Counted from the stretch's first letter, positions 1-12,249 are shown. The stretch is 64,000 nucleotides of DNA from Octopus bimaculoides (GCF_001194135.2 NC_068985.1:39918319-39982318), one strand, 5' to 3'. The notes: a model not told the origin generated them from the sequence alone. Made by a program: numbers and translations.

Positions 1-150
1 ACGTTCGAAATGCAAGTCGCAGCGAAGTCAACTTTACCTCTCATCCTTTCAGGGCCAATAAAATAAAGTACTAGTCAAACACTGGAGTCAACGATATCGA
101 CAAATCCCTCTCCCTAAAATTGTTGGCCTTGTACTTAAATCAGAAATATT
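1..150 (+). mobile_element. tRNA-derived SINE, family B (3' part, cut by window edge)
   Basis: Same body (GTCAACTTT..CATCCTTTC..AATAAAATAA(A)GTACTAGT..ACTGG..GGCCTTGT..AAAT) as the copies at 274-467 and 48390-48597. Confidence 0.7.
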
Positions 151-273
151 TTTTTGATTTAGGCACAAGGCCAGCAATCTTGGATCTCAACAGTCCAATC
201 ATATAAACATACAAAACTGATTTTTATTTTTATTTTAATTTCGAATTTATTTTCATTATCATTTCTTAAGCGA

Positions 274-467
274 AAGACGGTGAACTGGCAAAAATCTTAA
301 GCTAACTGGACAAAATGCTTGACGTTCTGAATTCAAATGCCACGAGGTCGACTTTGCTTTCATCCTTTCGGAGTGAATAAAATAAGTACTAGTTGAACAG
401 TGGGATCGGGAGAAATCCACTTCCCCCTGCATGATATTGCTGGTCTTATGCCAAAATTTGAATCATT
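274..467 (+). mobile_element. tRNA-derived SINE, family B, full length with 13-bp TSD
   Basis: Degenerate A/B-box head (GACGGTGAACTGGCA...GTTCTGAATTC). Flanked by the direct repeat ATTTCTTAAGCGA at 261-273 and 468-480. Confidence 0.75.
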
Positions 468-1158
468 ATTTCTTAAGCGATACAGACGGTAAACAGCATT
501 TTATATTTTCACCTCTGATACGGTGCTTTTTGACAACTTTCCTTGCATCAATTGCTTTTCACTTCCTCACTTGAAATGTTTCTTATCAATCAAAATATTA
601 AACGAAAGTGTAAATGTAACAAATTCCCTACGATCTACGCTTCATTCGTTCAAACGTTTCTCAGAAAATTGGGGACAAAAACTGAAATGTTCCAGTATGT
701 AGAAACAGGGTGGGAGTCGATGCCGTCTCACTTCACTTTTTTCCACAAATATTATTTTTCTCAACACTTAAAATACTAGAATTTTATCAAATTTATGCCT
801 AGTAAAACAGAAAGCATTATTTCCTTAAAAACATTTGTGGGCCGTATTGTAGACATAAGATCTCAACAAATTAAGTCCACAGTTCAGTTTCACTTCAACA
901 TATACCTATTTTACTTCACTTAGCCTAATAGCATGGAGAAAAGTATAATGCCGTTTGCGAATAGCTATGCTTTAATAATTCGGCTGTAATAACACTAGTG
1001 TGAAATAGTTTAGATGTTTATGTGTGTACACACACGTATATATTGATGTTTATTTTCATGTCAAGTTATAATAAAAACCATTTTACATTAAAGGATTGCT
1101 CAATACTTTTGCAGAGTACATATTTATCATAATTTTACAAGAAAAGTTGTGACAAAAA

Positions 1159-1226
1159 CTTCGAAGTTTCGGTTTGCTCGCCTCATCGGACAGTCCGATG
1201 AAGGCTAGCAGGTCGAAACTTCGAAG
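1159..1226. repeat. 68-bp imperfect foldback palindrome with hammerhead-like half sites
   Basis: CTTCGAAGTTTCG...TCATCGGAC-A-GTCCGATGA...CGAAACTTCGAAG. The arms are reverse complements about position 1192. Confidence 0.7.
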
Positions 1227-1247
1227 ACGTTATCAGCGCTCTTAGTG

Positions 1248-1284
<37 letters not shown>

Positions 1285-2654
1285 CACACACACACAAACT
1301 TCCATAAAGAATATTGTTTAACTCTTTTTTTTTTTTTTACCTGAGATCTCCGTTGGGGAGCAGCACTTTCTGTTATAGTTCAGGAACGAGACACTAATAA
1401 TGTGGTTACAAGAGGAGTTGGTAAGCAACCGAGTTTTTTATTTATTTATATATACACATTGTTATTCAATCGTTACACACGATGTCGCAATAATACGATT
1501 TCGTGTATTGATCGAAATCATAAATAAATGAAAGTTATATTCAAGGCAGGTAACTCCCAATGACTTTTTTTTTCTCGCTTGAAAGTCTTATCGAAATTCG
1601 ATATCATTCTCCAACCAGAAAACAGCATCGCTGTTTATTGTCTTTTATTTTCCATAAACCTGTAACCATGTACGATTGTTAAGCATCCACACTATTAAAA
1701 TATTATCGTGAAGCAAGGAAAGATCCTCTATGCAGTCATTCAAAATGCTTAAAATAGCAGAATTTCCCTCAGCTCTGGCCCGATCTTTAAAAAAAGAAAG
1801 CAAGGTGTAAATAGATACAGGCCTTATCTAACATTTCTGCATTTTAAAATAATTTAAGAATAGGAAATACTCAAGATGGAGGAAAGTCCCAATCCGGGAA
1901 GAATTTAACCAAATATTTCTGGTTGTGATAGAATTTTCAGTGAAGACTGAGACTTTATTTACAACTCAAGAGTTGTAGATAAAGTCTACCACAGGTGTTC
2001 AACAAGAAATTGCAGGACTGTTTATCACATTCGAAAGCGTAATGTTTCCAAAAACATGCACCTAGATCTCTGGGAAATGCTTAAACTGTTCTCTTTGGAG
2101 CAACTTAGGTGCGGGATCATCTCAGGGTTTGTCCCAGGGAAAAAATCAAGCACGAACCGCAAATTGGAGTCGGCTGGCGATAAATGACTTAACCATTACC
2201 ATTTGTTGAGGAATATTTAGCTGATGTTTTTAACAGATAGAGTGACTACAGAGGCTATATGGGTTATGGAGGTGGGCGTAAAGCAAAAGTTATTCATTGA
2301 ATCAATATAATTTACGACATCCCAACAAATTCGCGGGTATGTTCTTATGCTAGAAATCATTTAGAGAGAGAGAGAGGAGTGTGTGTGAAGGAGAGAGAGT
2401 CACTCTTTGTGCTACTGGTAATACGTAATCCAGTACAATATGTCACATGATCAGACCGACGGTGATTAAGCTGGCAACCCTACCAAAATTACTTGTTAAA
2501 AAAAATTAGTTTTCATTGGACAACCTGCGAGATAAAAAAACAAAGCTTGTGAAAGGGCTGGTGAACTTAGTAGAGTCAATGGCCATCCCATCCAACAGTT
2601 GGGAGTGAGTGACCCAAGAGATCTCTCTGGGAGAAGGAAATTCCAAAATAACAC

Positions 2655-3050
2655 ACACCTCATAAATAATGCAGTTTTATATACTTTTAGTTTTTATAAA
2701 TTAAGATAAACAATGTGCTATTTTAGTCTAAAATATACTCTCTTTCATTTTCTACAATGCACTTCCATCTATATGGTAAATTTGGAAGGCTCCTCTTCCA
2801 ACATTCACTTGTCCGTGACGAAAAATACTCCTCCAGTACTGTTCTGACTTCGTCTACGGAATTCTTTTTTTCGTCCAAATAATTTTGAAGACTGAGTAAT
2901 AAATGATAATCAGATGAGGCAATGACCTGTGTATATGATGGGGGGGGGGCATCGTTCAAACTACTCCAACCTTTGGAATGTCATCTTCGTTGCCGAGCAT
3001 TATCTTGATGGAGGAACAACTTTCGTCTTCAAACCAAAGATAATCGTTTT
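2655..3050 (-). mobile_element. mariner (Tc1/mariner) transposase C-terminal fossil plus right TIR remnant
   Basis: Minus-strand translation PPSYTQVIASSDYHL...RWKCIVENEREYILD* resembles the mariner PPYSPDLAPSDYHL...GEY motif. An HQDNAR-like motif lies upstream. TIR-like CATAAATAATGCAGTTTT near 2661. Runs into an N gap at 3051. Confidence 0.75.
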
Positions 3051-3498
3051 NNNNNNNNNNNNNNNNNNNNNNNNNNNNNNNNNNNNNNNNNNNNNNNNNN
3101 NNNNNNNNNNNNNNNNNNNNNNNNNNNNNNNNNNNNNNNNNNNNNNNNNNNNNNNNNNNNNNNNNNNNNNNNNNNNNNNNNNNNNNNNNNNNNNNNNNNN
3201 NNNNNNNNNNNNNNNNNNNNNNNNNNNNNNNNNNNNNNNNNNNNNNNNNNNNNNNNNNNNNNNNNNNNNNNNNNNNNNNNNNNNNNNNNNNNNNNNNNNN
3301 NNNNNNNNNNNNNNNNNNNNNNNNNNNNNNNNNNNNNNNNNNNNNNNNNNNNNNNNNNNNNNNNNNNNNNNNNNNNNNNNNNNNNNNNNNNNNNNNNNNN
3401 NNNNNNNNNNNNNNNNNNNNNNNNNNNNNNNNNNNNNNNNNNNNNNNNNNNNNNNNNNNNNNNNNNNNNNNNNNNNNNNNNNNNNNNNNNNNNNNNNN

Positions 3499-3532
<34 letters not shown>

Positions 3533-3939
3533 TGCAAAATATTTGAATATTTCTTTAGTGTTATATCCTGCTGAATAAAATTGTTGCAAAGTAAAGCAAA
3601 ATAAAGGTAGAGATTTCATTTTAAGCAAATATTGCGATATTGTGTTTATCCAGCCCAAGGAAATACAAAAAGGCATATCACACGACTTGTAATAGGATAA
3701 CAGATAAGCTAGATATATAAATGCCTTACGATACTTCCGGAGTTACAAAATAAAATTGAAGAAAAAAAATCATATCGTAAAGCAACACAGAAAGGTATAT
3801 GCTAAAATTTATTTTATTTGTTTAATCAGTTTAAATGTCCTTCGGCACTAAATTACTCTTCATAGAGTGCCCCCAGAAATAAGTTTGTTTCATTTGCCAA
3901 GAAAATATTGCTGTGAAGAAGGTAGAAGTTATCAGATGA

Positions 3940-4205
3940 CATTACATGAGGGACCATATTTCTGCTCCATAGAGGAAAACGGAGAGGACCGACGCGTTGA
4001 AGATGCAGAGCTCCGTCTTCCAGGAGATAGAGTCGTGACGCTAAAAGGGTTTCCATGGGGAGTGCATGATCCCGGCAGTCAGACTACGTCTGCAGTTGAT
4101 TTCCGGAGTCAGGTCTCCATTTTTGGTGACTGTGAAGCCCAAATAAATGAAGGAACTGACAAATTCCACGACGTCAGGGCCAATATGGAGATCACACGGC
4201 AAAGT
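3940..4205 (-). mobile_element. RTE-clade LINE reverse transcriptase fragment (degenerate)
   Basis: Minus strand reads VEFVSSFIYLGFTVTKNGDLTPEINCRR...IFNASVLSVFLYGAEIW, which matches the YLG...LLYGAETW RT C-terminal pattern. Contains a stop codon. Confidence 0.75.
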
Positions 4206-4929
4206 GGCACCTTTCTTTTTCTTCAGAAATGATGTGAATTTAGTACTGGTTTCTTGTAAAACTGCAACTGCCTTCTGGTCTCTTGTAAAAATGCAACTGC
4301 CTTCATCTCGTCGCTGATCACATTGTAAAATCTTTAGCCAATATCTTTCAGGTTTTTAGAAATTGAAAAGTAAACTAAAAAGAAACCTAAAGTAGTTTCC
4401 CTTGTAAAACACACGCCAAAGTAGCACTGACTATTTTCAATCCTTTCCTCTCCAGATTTAAAATAGTCTGGAATACCCTTCTCATTCACGTTTTTATTAT
4501 AAACATCGATATATAGATGCTCAAATTAAATAAAGTCGAACGGATGCGGTTTAAGAAAGATTTGATAAAGATATCAAGCTTGTTAAGTGACAACATAAAA
4601 GCTCCAATGTTGGTTATTTAGTATATAACTTTCATGTGTCCACTAATCGGTATTCCATTGTCAGTTCGTAAACGATGTTTGTATACGTGTAGAATATATT
4701 CAAAACAACAGAAGACCTTTGAGTAACAACAATTCATGCTTTGGAACTGACTTAGTGATTTGGTTTCCATTTCCGGCTGTCACCACCTCAAACAAATACT
4801 ACGGTCATTTTGCACCGTTGTCACGTGTGTTATTCTAATTTATTAAAGATTTTAATTAATGAAAGACTAGTTGGCTGTGAGTTTGCTCTTGCTAGCATTT
4901 AACTTAACCTTTGATTTGTCCTTTACAGA

Positions 4930-5013
4930 ATGAATTCTACCAGTTTAAAAACACATGCGTTATTGATTTTTTTCTCTTTATTGATATCCATTTATCTGCT
5001 TGCACGTATTTGA
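4930..5013 (+). CDS. candidate terminal exon or small ORF MNSTSLKTHALLIFFSLLISIYLLARI (hydrophobic, GPI-signal or micropeptide-like)
   Basis: Preceded by a good acceptor (TTAAC..CTTTGATTTGTCCTTTACAG ending at 4928). Stop TGA at 5011-5013. AATAAA at 5244-5249. No homology recognised. Confidence 0.25.
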   Translation: MNSTSLKTHALLIFFSLLISIYLLARI

Positions 5014-6141
5014 CTGCATAACGCATTATTCAATTGGTTTTGTAAAACACGAAAATAACAATGAATATTCTTACAAACAAAATTATGTAAACTTACCTTG
5101 AATTATGCTGAAACTTAAGATCATATGCTATGTTTGAATTCTATCCTCTTCTTACTTGTAGCCTAAAACCATGTGCTGTGTAATTATTGCTGCATTATTC
5201 TACCAACTAAATCAGAAAGTGTTTATTTTTTTTATATGCAGAAAATAAAGGGGAAAAGTACATACTACATATTATTGTTGTTATCTCTACGAACAATTTC
5301 TTAATTTCCCACAGATACTTCTTGTAACTCTTGGTGAGGAAGGAATTCTATATACACATTATCGAGCGAAGGAACTGGTATAAAGAAAACATAATTAATG
5401 CTAGAAAAGTTGCTGATATTCGATGGGATATGTAATGGTAAAAGTTGCAAGTCTTCTCATAAATTTTTGACCTTGACTCTATTCAACAAGTCGAAAAAAA
5501 CGTGTTTTTGTTCAAATTGATGGTTGAAATCAGTTTAGCACTAGATTAGCATTAATTGAGTAGTCCTGTGGTTAAAGACATTTCATCCACGACCATCTCG
5601 TCTTTTTCAAATATAGTACATATAAGACTACATCATTATCTGACTCATCTTGAGACAGTAGTGTATGAATTGAGGGAAATTTAGCAACTACACAGAAGCT
5701 CACATCTGAAATAACATTAAAAATTAAAATGTTTATTTTTCAATGCATTTCATAAGGTAATGTGTGGAACAGTTGTTCCTTACCTACAAACAAAAATCAG
5801 ATTTCTTTCAAAGAAGCATGTATTAAAATTAATTATCGCTTTTTGGGGGTGGGGAGCTACTAGTAATTATCACAAGGTTTTATTTTCTTTCTCCAACTAA
5901 GAAAGAAATTTCAATTTTTTTTTTCTACATAAACATTCAGTAGAGCACTCAACAACTCATACCATTTGCTTATTTGAATTATTCCCCATCCGAATTTATT
6001 TCTTTAAAAATCCTTGGCAACTGATCAAGTAAGTTAGAGTTGACACTTTTATACTGACGAGATACAGTAGAACGAAACCTGCTCATAATTGTCCCTTATC
6101 TGTTCAGATAAGCATTTCTCCTCTTCTAAGCAAGTGTAAGA

Positions 6142-6588
6142 TGTAAAATTGGTTGGCACTGGAAGGGTGCCACACAATTCCTTACATAAATGCTAGAGGA
6201 AAAATATCGGAACAAGAAAACATCCGAACATAAAAACAATCCTTTTATTTTGTATGTACAAAAATTTACACCTTGGGACAATCAGTAGACAGGTCTGATG
6301 TGGAAGCAGCAAAGTCGGAGTTAATCATACTTTGTGAAGGCATTATTCACAGAAATTCAGCTACACAGAGCTGGTCAAATACCGATCAGCAGCAGAGGCG
6401 AATAGGAAGCTGCTGAGGACACGTCTGCATAGTTCAGCGGCTGCATCTCGAGTCCGAGATACAAGAGAACTCTGCTGCTGCTGCTGCTAGTTTTCTGCGC
6501 ATGCGCATCAGGGACCTTTCGGCAGGCCTTTCAGAAGGTTCCAATCCTGTGCATGCGTGCTGGAGACCCTCAAAATGACGTCACTACA
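6142..6588 (-). mobile_element. 3' LTR of a Ty3/Gypsy retrotransposon
   Basis: On the minus strand a polypurine tract (TCGAGGGGGAGCCT, 6589-6602) is followed directly by TGTAGTG at 6588. AATAAA lies at about 6244-6249 and the LTR ends ...TTACA at 6142 (alternative end 6135). Confidence 0.7.
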
Positions 6589-6919
6589 AGGCTCCCCCTC
6601 GAGTGCGGAAGCATGAAACAAGATTGTAGTGGCTCCAAAAAACAAGATGGCTACCGATCACCCAGAAGATGTGGCACACGATATGACAACTCAAATATCA
6701 ATACAAAAAGAAATAAACATACACAACAGTTTTTTTGTTTTTTTTACACAAAATGTTCAAGAGTAAAAAAAATGAAATGGGCCAAGAGAAAAAAAATGAA
6801 TGTCAAANNNNNNNNNNNNNNNNNNNNNNNNNNNNNNNGTTGACAAAGGTGCATGTGTAGGTGATGGTGTTGCCAAAGGTGCATATGTAGGCTCAAAGGC
6901 GTGACAGTGGTGTCATCAA

Positions 6920-8065
6920 AAGATGTATACACCTCAAAATATGCCTTTTTAAGCCGATCTACAGAGACGGTCTCCGAACGACCATTCATCTCGATGGTAA
7001 AAACTTTGGGTGTGCGAGAAAGCACACGAAAGGTCCTTTATAAGGAGAAACAAGAGGTCCCTTGACAGAGTCACCTCGAACAAAAACATGCGACCAAGAG
7101 TTCATATCCGGTGGGACATGAGAGGGTGAAGATTGTTCCCGGGAAACCATGGGCAGAAGATTTGAAAAATACGTGCGAAGTCTGGCGACATAAGACACCG
7201 GATCATGGAGCTGTGAAGTGTCTGGCACCAACATCGTACTAGGCAATGCTAGTGTGGTACCATACAGTACCGCAGAAGAAAAACCCAGGTCTGCCTTGAC
7301 AGCAGTACGACAATCAAGAAGAACAATTGGCAGAAACTCAGTCCAAGACTGTGGATCTGAAAAGGCACGTAGAGCAGCCTTAAGCTGTCTATGGAACCGT
7401 TCAACTAATCCGTTTGAAGCTGGATGATAACTGGTCGTGCGAATGTGGTGCACACCTAGAATACGTGACAATTCACGAAATAAAGAGGCTTCAAACTGAC
7501 GTCCACGATCAGTACTTAATCTGGGCAGAACTCCGAAACGGGAAATCCAGTTAGAAACAAAAGCTCGAGCAACAGATTCAGCAGAAATATCTGCTATTGG
7601 AATGGCTTCTGACCAACGGAAGAAGCGATCGACACGTGTTAAAAGATAAGAGAACCCGCGACTCACAGGCCATGGTCCAACCAGATCAATGTAGACATGG
7701 CGAAAACGGGCCTCCGTTGGAGGCAAGTGTCCAAGTGGGGCACGAATGTGCCGATGAATCTTGGACGGTTGGCACTTGGAGCAAGTGCGTGTCCAAGAGG
7801 TAATAGTGCGACGCATATTCGGTCAGAAAAACCGAGCAGTGATAAGCTTAAGGGTAGCAGCGATGTCAGGGTGTGATAAGTAGTGCAGTGTCTCAAACTC
7901 TGAGCGTTGATGATTCTCAGGCACGAGTGGCCTGGGAGAACCAGTGGAAGTATCACAAAGAATAGTACCTTCAGCTGACGGAAGCAGAAGATAGGCAAAC
8001 TGGCAACAGGAAAACTTAGGCGAAGTTAAGTCTAACGATGCCAAAGGTGGTTGCTCAGTAAATTA
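6920..8065 (-). pseudogene. Ty3/Gypsy pol integrase region, inactivated and 5'-truncated
   Basis: HHCC zinc finger (HYLSH...CSKC), DDE triad (YIDLVGP, TDRGRQFE, NGLVERFHR) and GPY/F motif (YKGPF...TVSVDRLKKAY). In-frame TGA replaces Trp at 7823-7825 and there is a 1-bp frameshift near 7030. Confidence 0.92.
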
Positions 8066-8299
8066 ATTTAAGGAGTTTCTTCTTCTTTCGTTTTGTTGTT
8101 GTTGTTTGCGCACAGCATTTTATGAGATAACTCTTTTATTTATTAGTTTTACATCAGCGGTACCCAACTTTTTTTACACACACGAACTGGTTCATGCATG
8201 TCGATTTTTCTACGGACCAAGAGATCACGCACAAAAGAAAGTACAATAAAGTGCAAAGTATGTAATTTAATTAATACATACTTATTACATACATAATAC

Positions 8300-8667
8300 A
8301 GTGGTTAGGGCAGCGGACTCGCGGTCATAGGATCGCGGTTTCGATTCCCAAACCGGGCGTTGTGAGTGTTTATTGAGCGAAAATACTTAAAGCACCACGA
8401 GGTCCCGGTAGGGGATGGTGGCGAACCCTGCTATACTCTTTCACCACAACTTTCTCTCACTCTTACTTCCTATTTCTGCTGTGCCTGTAATTCAAAGGGT
8501 CAGCCTTGTCACACTGTGTCACGCTGAATATCCCCGAGAACTACGTTAAGGGTACACGTGTCTGTGGAGTGCTCAGCCACTTGCACGTTAATTTCACGAG
8601 CAGGCTGTTCCGTTGGTCGGATCAACTGGAACCCTCGACGTCGTAAGCGACGGTGTGCTAACAACAA
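8300..8667 (+). mobile_element. tRNA-derived SINE, family C
   Basis: tRNA-like head GTGGTTAGGGCAGCGG...GGTTTCGATTCCC and tail GTCGTAAGCGACGG..AACAACAA. Near-identical copies at 18959-19283 (-) and 30052-30175. Confidence 0.8.
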
Positions 8668-9444
8668 TGCAGGCTATCTTTCGGCAGAAATCTATGATGT
8701 ATTGAGTGAGAGAATCTCATTATTTCATTTGCTAAACAGAGCTGAACAGTCAAACACACACTCGCACGTTGTCATGTACGACTGACGTCACTTACTTATT
8801 CCGAATCGTGTAGAAACACACTGCAAGCTGCCACAGTCAATAAAATATGAATACAGTTTACAAATTTGTTCCTTCTGTGCGGTCCGGTAGTTGGGGACTC
8901 TTGTTTTATATAGTTATCATATCTCACTATGTAGCCATTAAGTCAATGGTAAACGAAGAGATAGACAAAATCAAACGAAATAAATGCGGACAGTGATGAC
9001 TTGTTTCCTTCTTTCTTTCAAATTATAATAATTGCAAGTCTGAATTTAACAAAGATAATTTACTGACGAGAAACAAGTTCTACCAGAAGAAGGGAAAAAA
9101 AACTCCTACATTTAGATTATGTTCCATGAATTACAAAATTTTTCTAACTATATTTGTTAGTCCGATTAGTAAATTGAGTATGAAACAAAAACAGTTACAT
9201 GAACTCAATATTGTAGTGAAGGAAGTACCATTTCAAATATTTGCGTCGTGGTCATACATCACCTTAGCTTATAATTTATATTTCAGTGTTCTATGTTTAA
9301 CGTGGTGGATATGGATATTTAAGGGAAGCAAAGTTCTTATACATTTCGTTTATTAAACTATCAAAGAAAAAATTGGTAATATGCGAGCACTAATACATAA
9401 TATTTACTCTATATATATCTTAATTTGTCCCCTTCATCATGTCT

Positions 9445-9515
9445 GCATCGGTGGTTCAGTGGTAGAATGCTCGCCTGCCACGCGGGCGGCCCGGGTTCGA
9501 TTCCCGGCCGATGCA
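9445..9515 (+). tRNA. tRNA-Gly-GCC: tRNA-Gly (anticodon GCC)
   Basis: 71-nt canonical sequence GCATCGGTGGTTCAGTGGTAGAATGCTCGCCTGCCACGCGGGCGGCCCGGGTTCGATTCCCGGCCGATGCA. Acceptor stem GCATCGG/CCGATGC and intact A and B boxes. Confidence 0.97.
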
Positions 9516-9519
9516 ATTA

Positions 9520-9526
9520 TTTTTTT
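9520..9526 (+). terminator. RNA polymerase III oligo-T terminator of tRNA-Gly
   Basis: T7 run beginning 5 nt after the discriminator base. Confidence 0.85.
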
Positions 9527-10040
9527 ATTTCACTTTACATTCAAATAATGACGTTAATATTGTGAATGAGTTCATTGTAACCATTTAGAACGCCTACGTA
9601 TTTTAGTACACATTTATGCTACTTATATAAACAATAATTCGCCGTTGTACACCTCAGTTCTGCTGCTGGATATACTAGTCTTTTGTCGAAATTATCTATC
9701 GATCGTCTGTCATTTATGCATAATGAACTCACCACCTGCAGTTAACAAAAAGGCTAGTTAATTTCAACGCCAATAAATATTGTTTTTAATTTGACCCTGC
9801 CAGTTTATATCGATTTTCCAACCTAACTCATATCAACACAGACCACCATTTCTAGTGACCTTCTATATTTGTAATATGTGTATGTATGTGGTAAGGTCAC
9901 GCTACTAATTGTAATTCCAACAAAAACAGCAGGATAAATCTATTCACGAAAAACGTGGGAGGAATGGTGTTAAGAATCTGACTAAGAATCCAATTAACAA
10001 GGGACTCAACTCATAGAAAACGACTTCCTCCTCTCGAAAT

Positions 10041-10268
10041 ATGGCTGTCCAGTATATTTGCCGATATCCTGGTATCTTGTTAATTTCGGCAAGACCATTG
10101 TTAAACTTTACTCGAACTTTCCTACATAAACGTCAACTGACAAATACGAATTTATCCAAACTTTCCAAGATTTCGTTGACCAATGGCAAAGCTGGGAAAC
10201 TGATGCAAGCCTACGAAGAATTCATTGGTTTGTCTGATGTGAAAGCAGCACAGAGTAAGGTTATTGAA
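10041..10268 (+). CDS. CCDC51: CCDC51 / MITOK mitochondrial potassium channel, coding exon 1 (76 codons, mitochondrial presequence)
   Basis: Acid-free, R/K/S/L-rich N-terminus followed by YEEFIGLSDVKAAQSKVIE (human YEEFVGLNEVREAQGKVTE). Phase-0 donor GAA|GTGAGT at 10268/10269. Confidence 0.9.
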
Positions 10269-12039
10269 GTGAGTCACATAACTTCTGTCCTTTTTCCCGG
10301 TTATTACGCACCTTATCAGATAATTAACTACGTATTCTTCACGTCTATGAATCGCATGAACAGACAGAAACCAAGTTAAACTTTTTTCTCATCTACATGA
10401 AATAATCTACAGAGTTGTCATAATACCTTTTCGTCATTCTGCTGTTAAATTCTAAGGAAGTCGACATTGTATTTCCTTTTTCTTTTCTTTTTCGGGTTCA
10501 GTCGCCTACACAGTAATTGGTTTTGTTCCTTTCTTTTCAACAAAGATCTGACATATTACTTAAATTATCGTGTTCCTAACTTTGATCGGTTGATTTTTTA
10601 AAGTTATCTTTTATTCCGTCTGTATTCACCGCCGGCAGCAGGTTGAGTTAAAATTTAACTTCACTAGTCCCACTCGAAATTGTAGTCCTAGATACAATAT
10701 GACGGGGGGGGGGGAAGAACGATGGGAAGGTCTCGGCTGGAATGTCTCTGATTGTGGATCCGCAGGTTTAGGGATGATCCGGAGCTAATCAATAACATGC
10801 CAAAGGACACCTCTTAGTGATCTCTACATCTACTAGATATAACAGCCAAATCTTCCACATAGCATGTCCTATTTTCAATAAAGAAATGTACATTGGATGA
10901 TGTAGTCCTCGATACACTATCTGAATAAAAGAAAAGATGGAACATCATTGATCATAGGTTATTATTCTTTCCCACACAATTTTTCACTGATCATCCCCTT
11001 CCTGTGCCATCAGTTATCTCTCCCGCTCCTCTGAGCTACATCTTAGACTTGTCATACCTTGTCTTTAACACCTCTCATATCTGCCATCATTCTTTCCAAC
11101 CACTCATATATCTGCCATTGATGTTCCCTCACTGTTGTCACACCACTCACATTATGTATCTCTGACCTCCCTGTCACTATACATCATCTTGCACACCATC
11201 GCCCTATTTTTTTAAATCTATCTTCCTTCCTGAGCCACTTCTTTCTCTCTCACCTTACAATATTTCTTATTGACCATACCTCCACCTTTGTTCATCACTC
11301 TCTATATTCACCACTTCCCTACCCTCTCCTTAACCATCTGTTATTCTTGTCTAACACACTTATGAAATGTTTACGTGTGTGTGTATTAATAAGATATAGT
11401 GGTACAAGAAGGCACCAATCTTTGCTGGAAATAGCAGTCGATAATAATACAACGCTATGTAAAGCTTCACTGAAATATATACTGGTAAAGAAGTATGCAG
11501 GCAGCGAACTTAAAAAGTTTTCGTCTTACCTCAAGGAAGAACATCGTAAAAATGGACAATCCAGAATGGATAATCTAGGACCTGAGTTTCGGACTTTCCA
11601 AAATATGGTTGTTATTGTAAATTTGATTAGTCCTCATCAGCTAGATTCACCTGTGATGAAATTTTAAAATATATATTTCAGTGAAGCTTTACATAATATC
11701 ATATCGTTATTGACTGTTATTTCCAGCAAACATTGGTACCTCTTTGCACCACTATTTCTCATTCTACCTTTACGGTGCTTTATTTGGCCAGAAAGTGATA
11801 CTATTGTATTGCAATTGTTAAAAATTTATGTGGATATATATATAATATCGTCATCATCATTGTTGTTGTTATCAATTTATGTCCACTTTCCATGCTGGCA
11901 TGGGCTGGATGAACTGGAGTAAGTTACCTTTACAGTTTGGTTTCTATACCTGATGCTCTTCTTTAAACGACCTATTGTACAGAGTGTATTGGATGCATTT
12001 TGTCATGGCACAAGTTCTGGAGACTAAAGGGATTATGTG

Positions 12040-12249
12040 CATATGTGTATATATGTATATGCATGTATATATATCAAACAGATGTGTTTTAATACTATTC
12101 CACAGCCATACCAACAATCCAATAATACTAATCCACACACATGTATGTGTGTGTGTGTGTATGCATGTATATATGTATGTATATATATATGTATGTGTAT
12201 ATATATGTATGTATTTATGTGTATCTGTATGTATATATGTATGTGTGTT

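Noticed and set aside
2929-3676. ORFs spanning N runs (also 19163-20004, 37689-38135, 48759-49178, 62483-62858)
   Set aside because: Open only because Ns contain no stop codons.
7218-7998. ORFs 7218-7427, 7597-7803 and 7663-7998
   Set aside because: Antisense or alternative-frame shadows of the Gypsy integrase.
8300-8360. Additional tRNA genes in SINE heads (also 15985, 25940, 36720-36790)
   Set aside because: No complete cloverleaf or acceptor stem, and each continues into a SINE body.
8558-8785. Basic ORF with NPRRRKR (also 17995-18393, 30062-30292, 49189-49572, 62502-62858)
   Set aside because: Recurrent chance ORFs within SINE and RTE 3' UTR repeats, not genes.
6142-9515. Ty3-style targeted integration next to the tRNA gene
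   Set aside because: The element's surviving end is about 1.4 kb from the tRNA, far beyond the few-bp spacing of Pol III-targeted Ty3 insertion.
10269-10379. Read-through C-terminal part of the 112-aa ORF at 10041
   Set aside because: Homology to CCDC51 stops at a canonical donor (10269) and resumes in phase at 13069; this part is intron.
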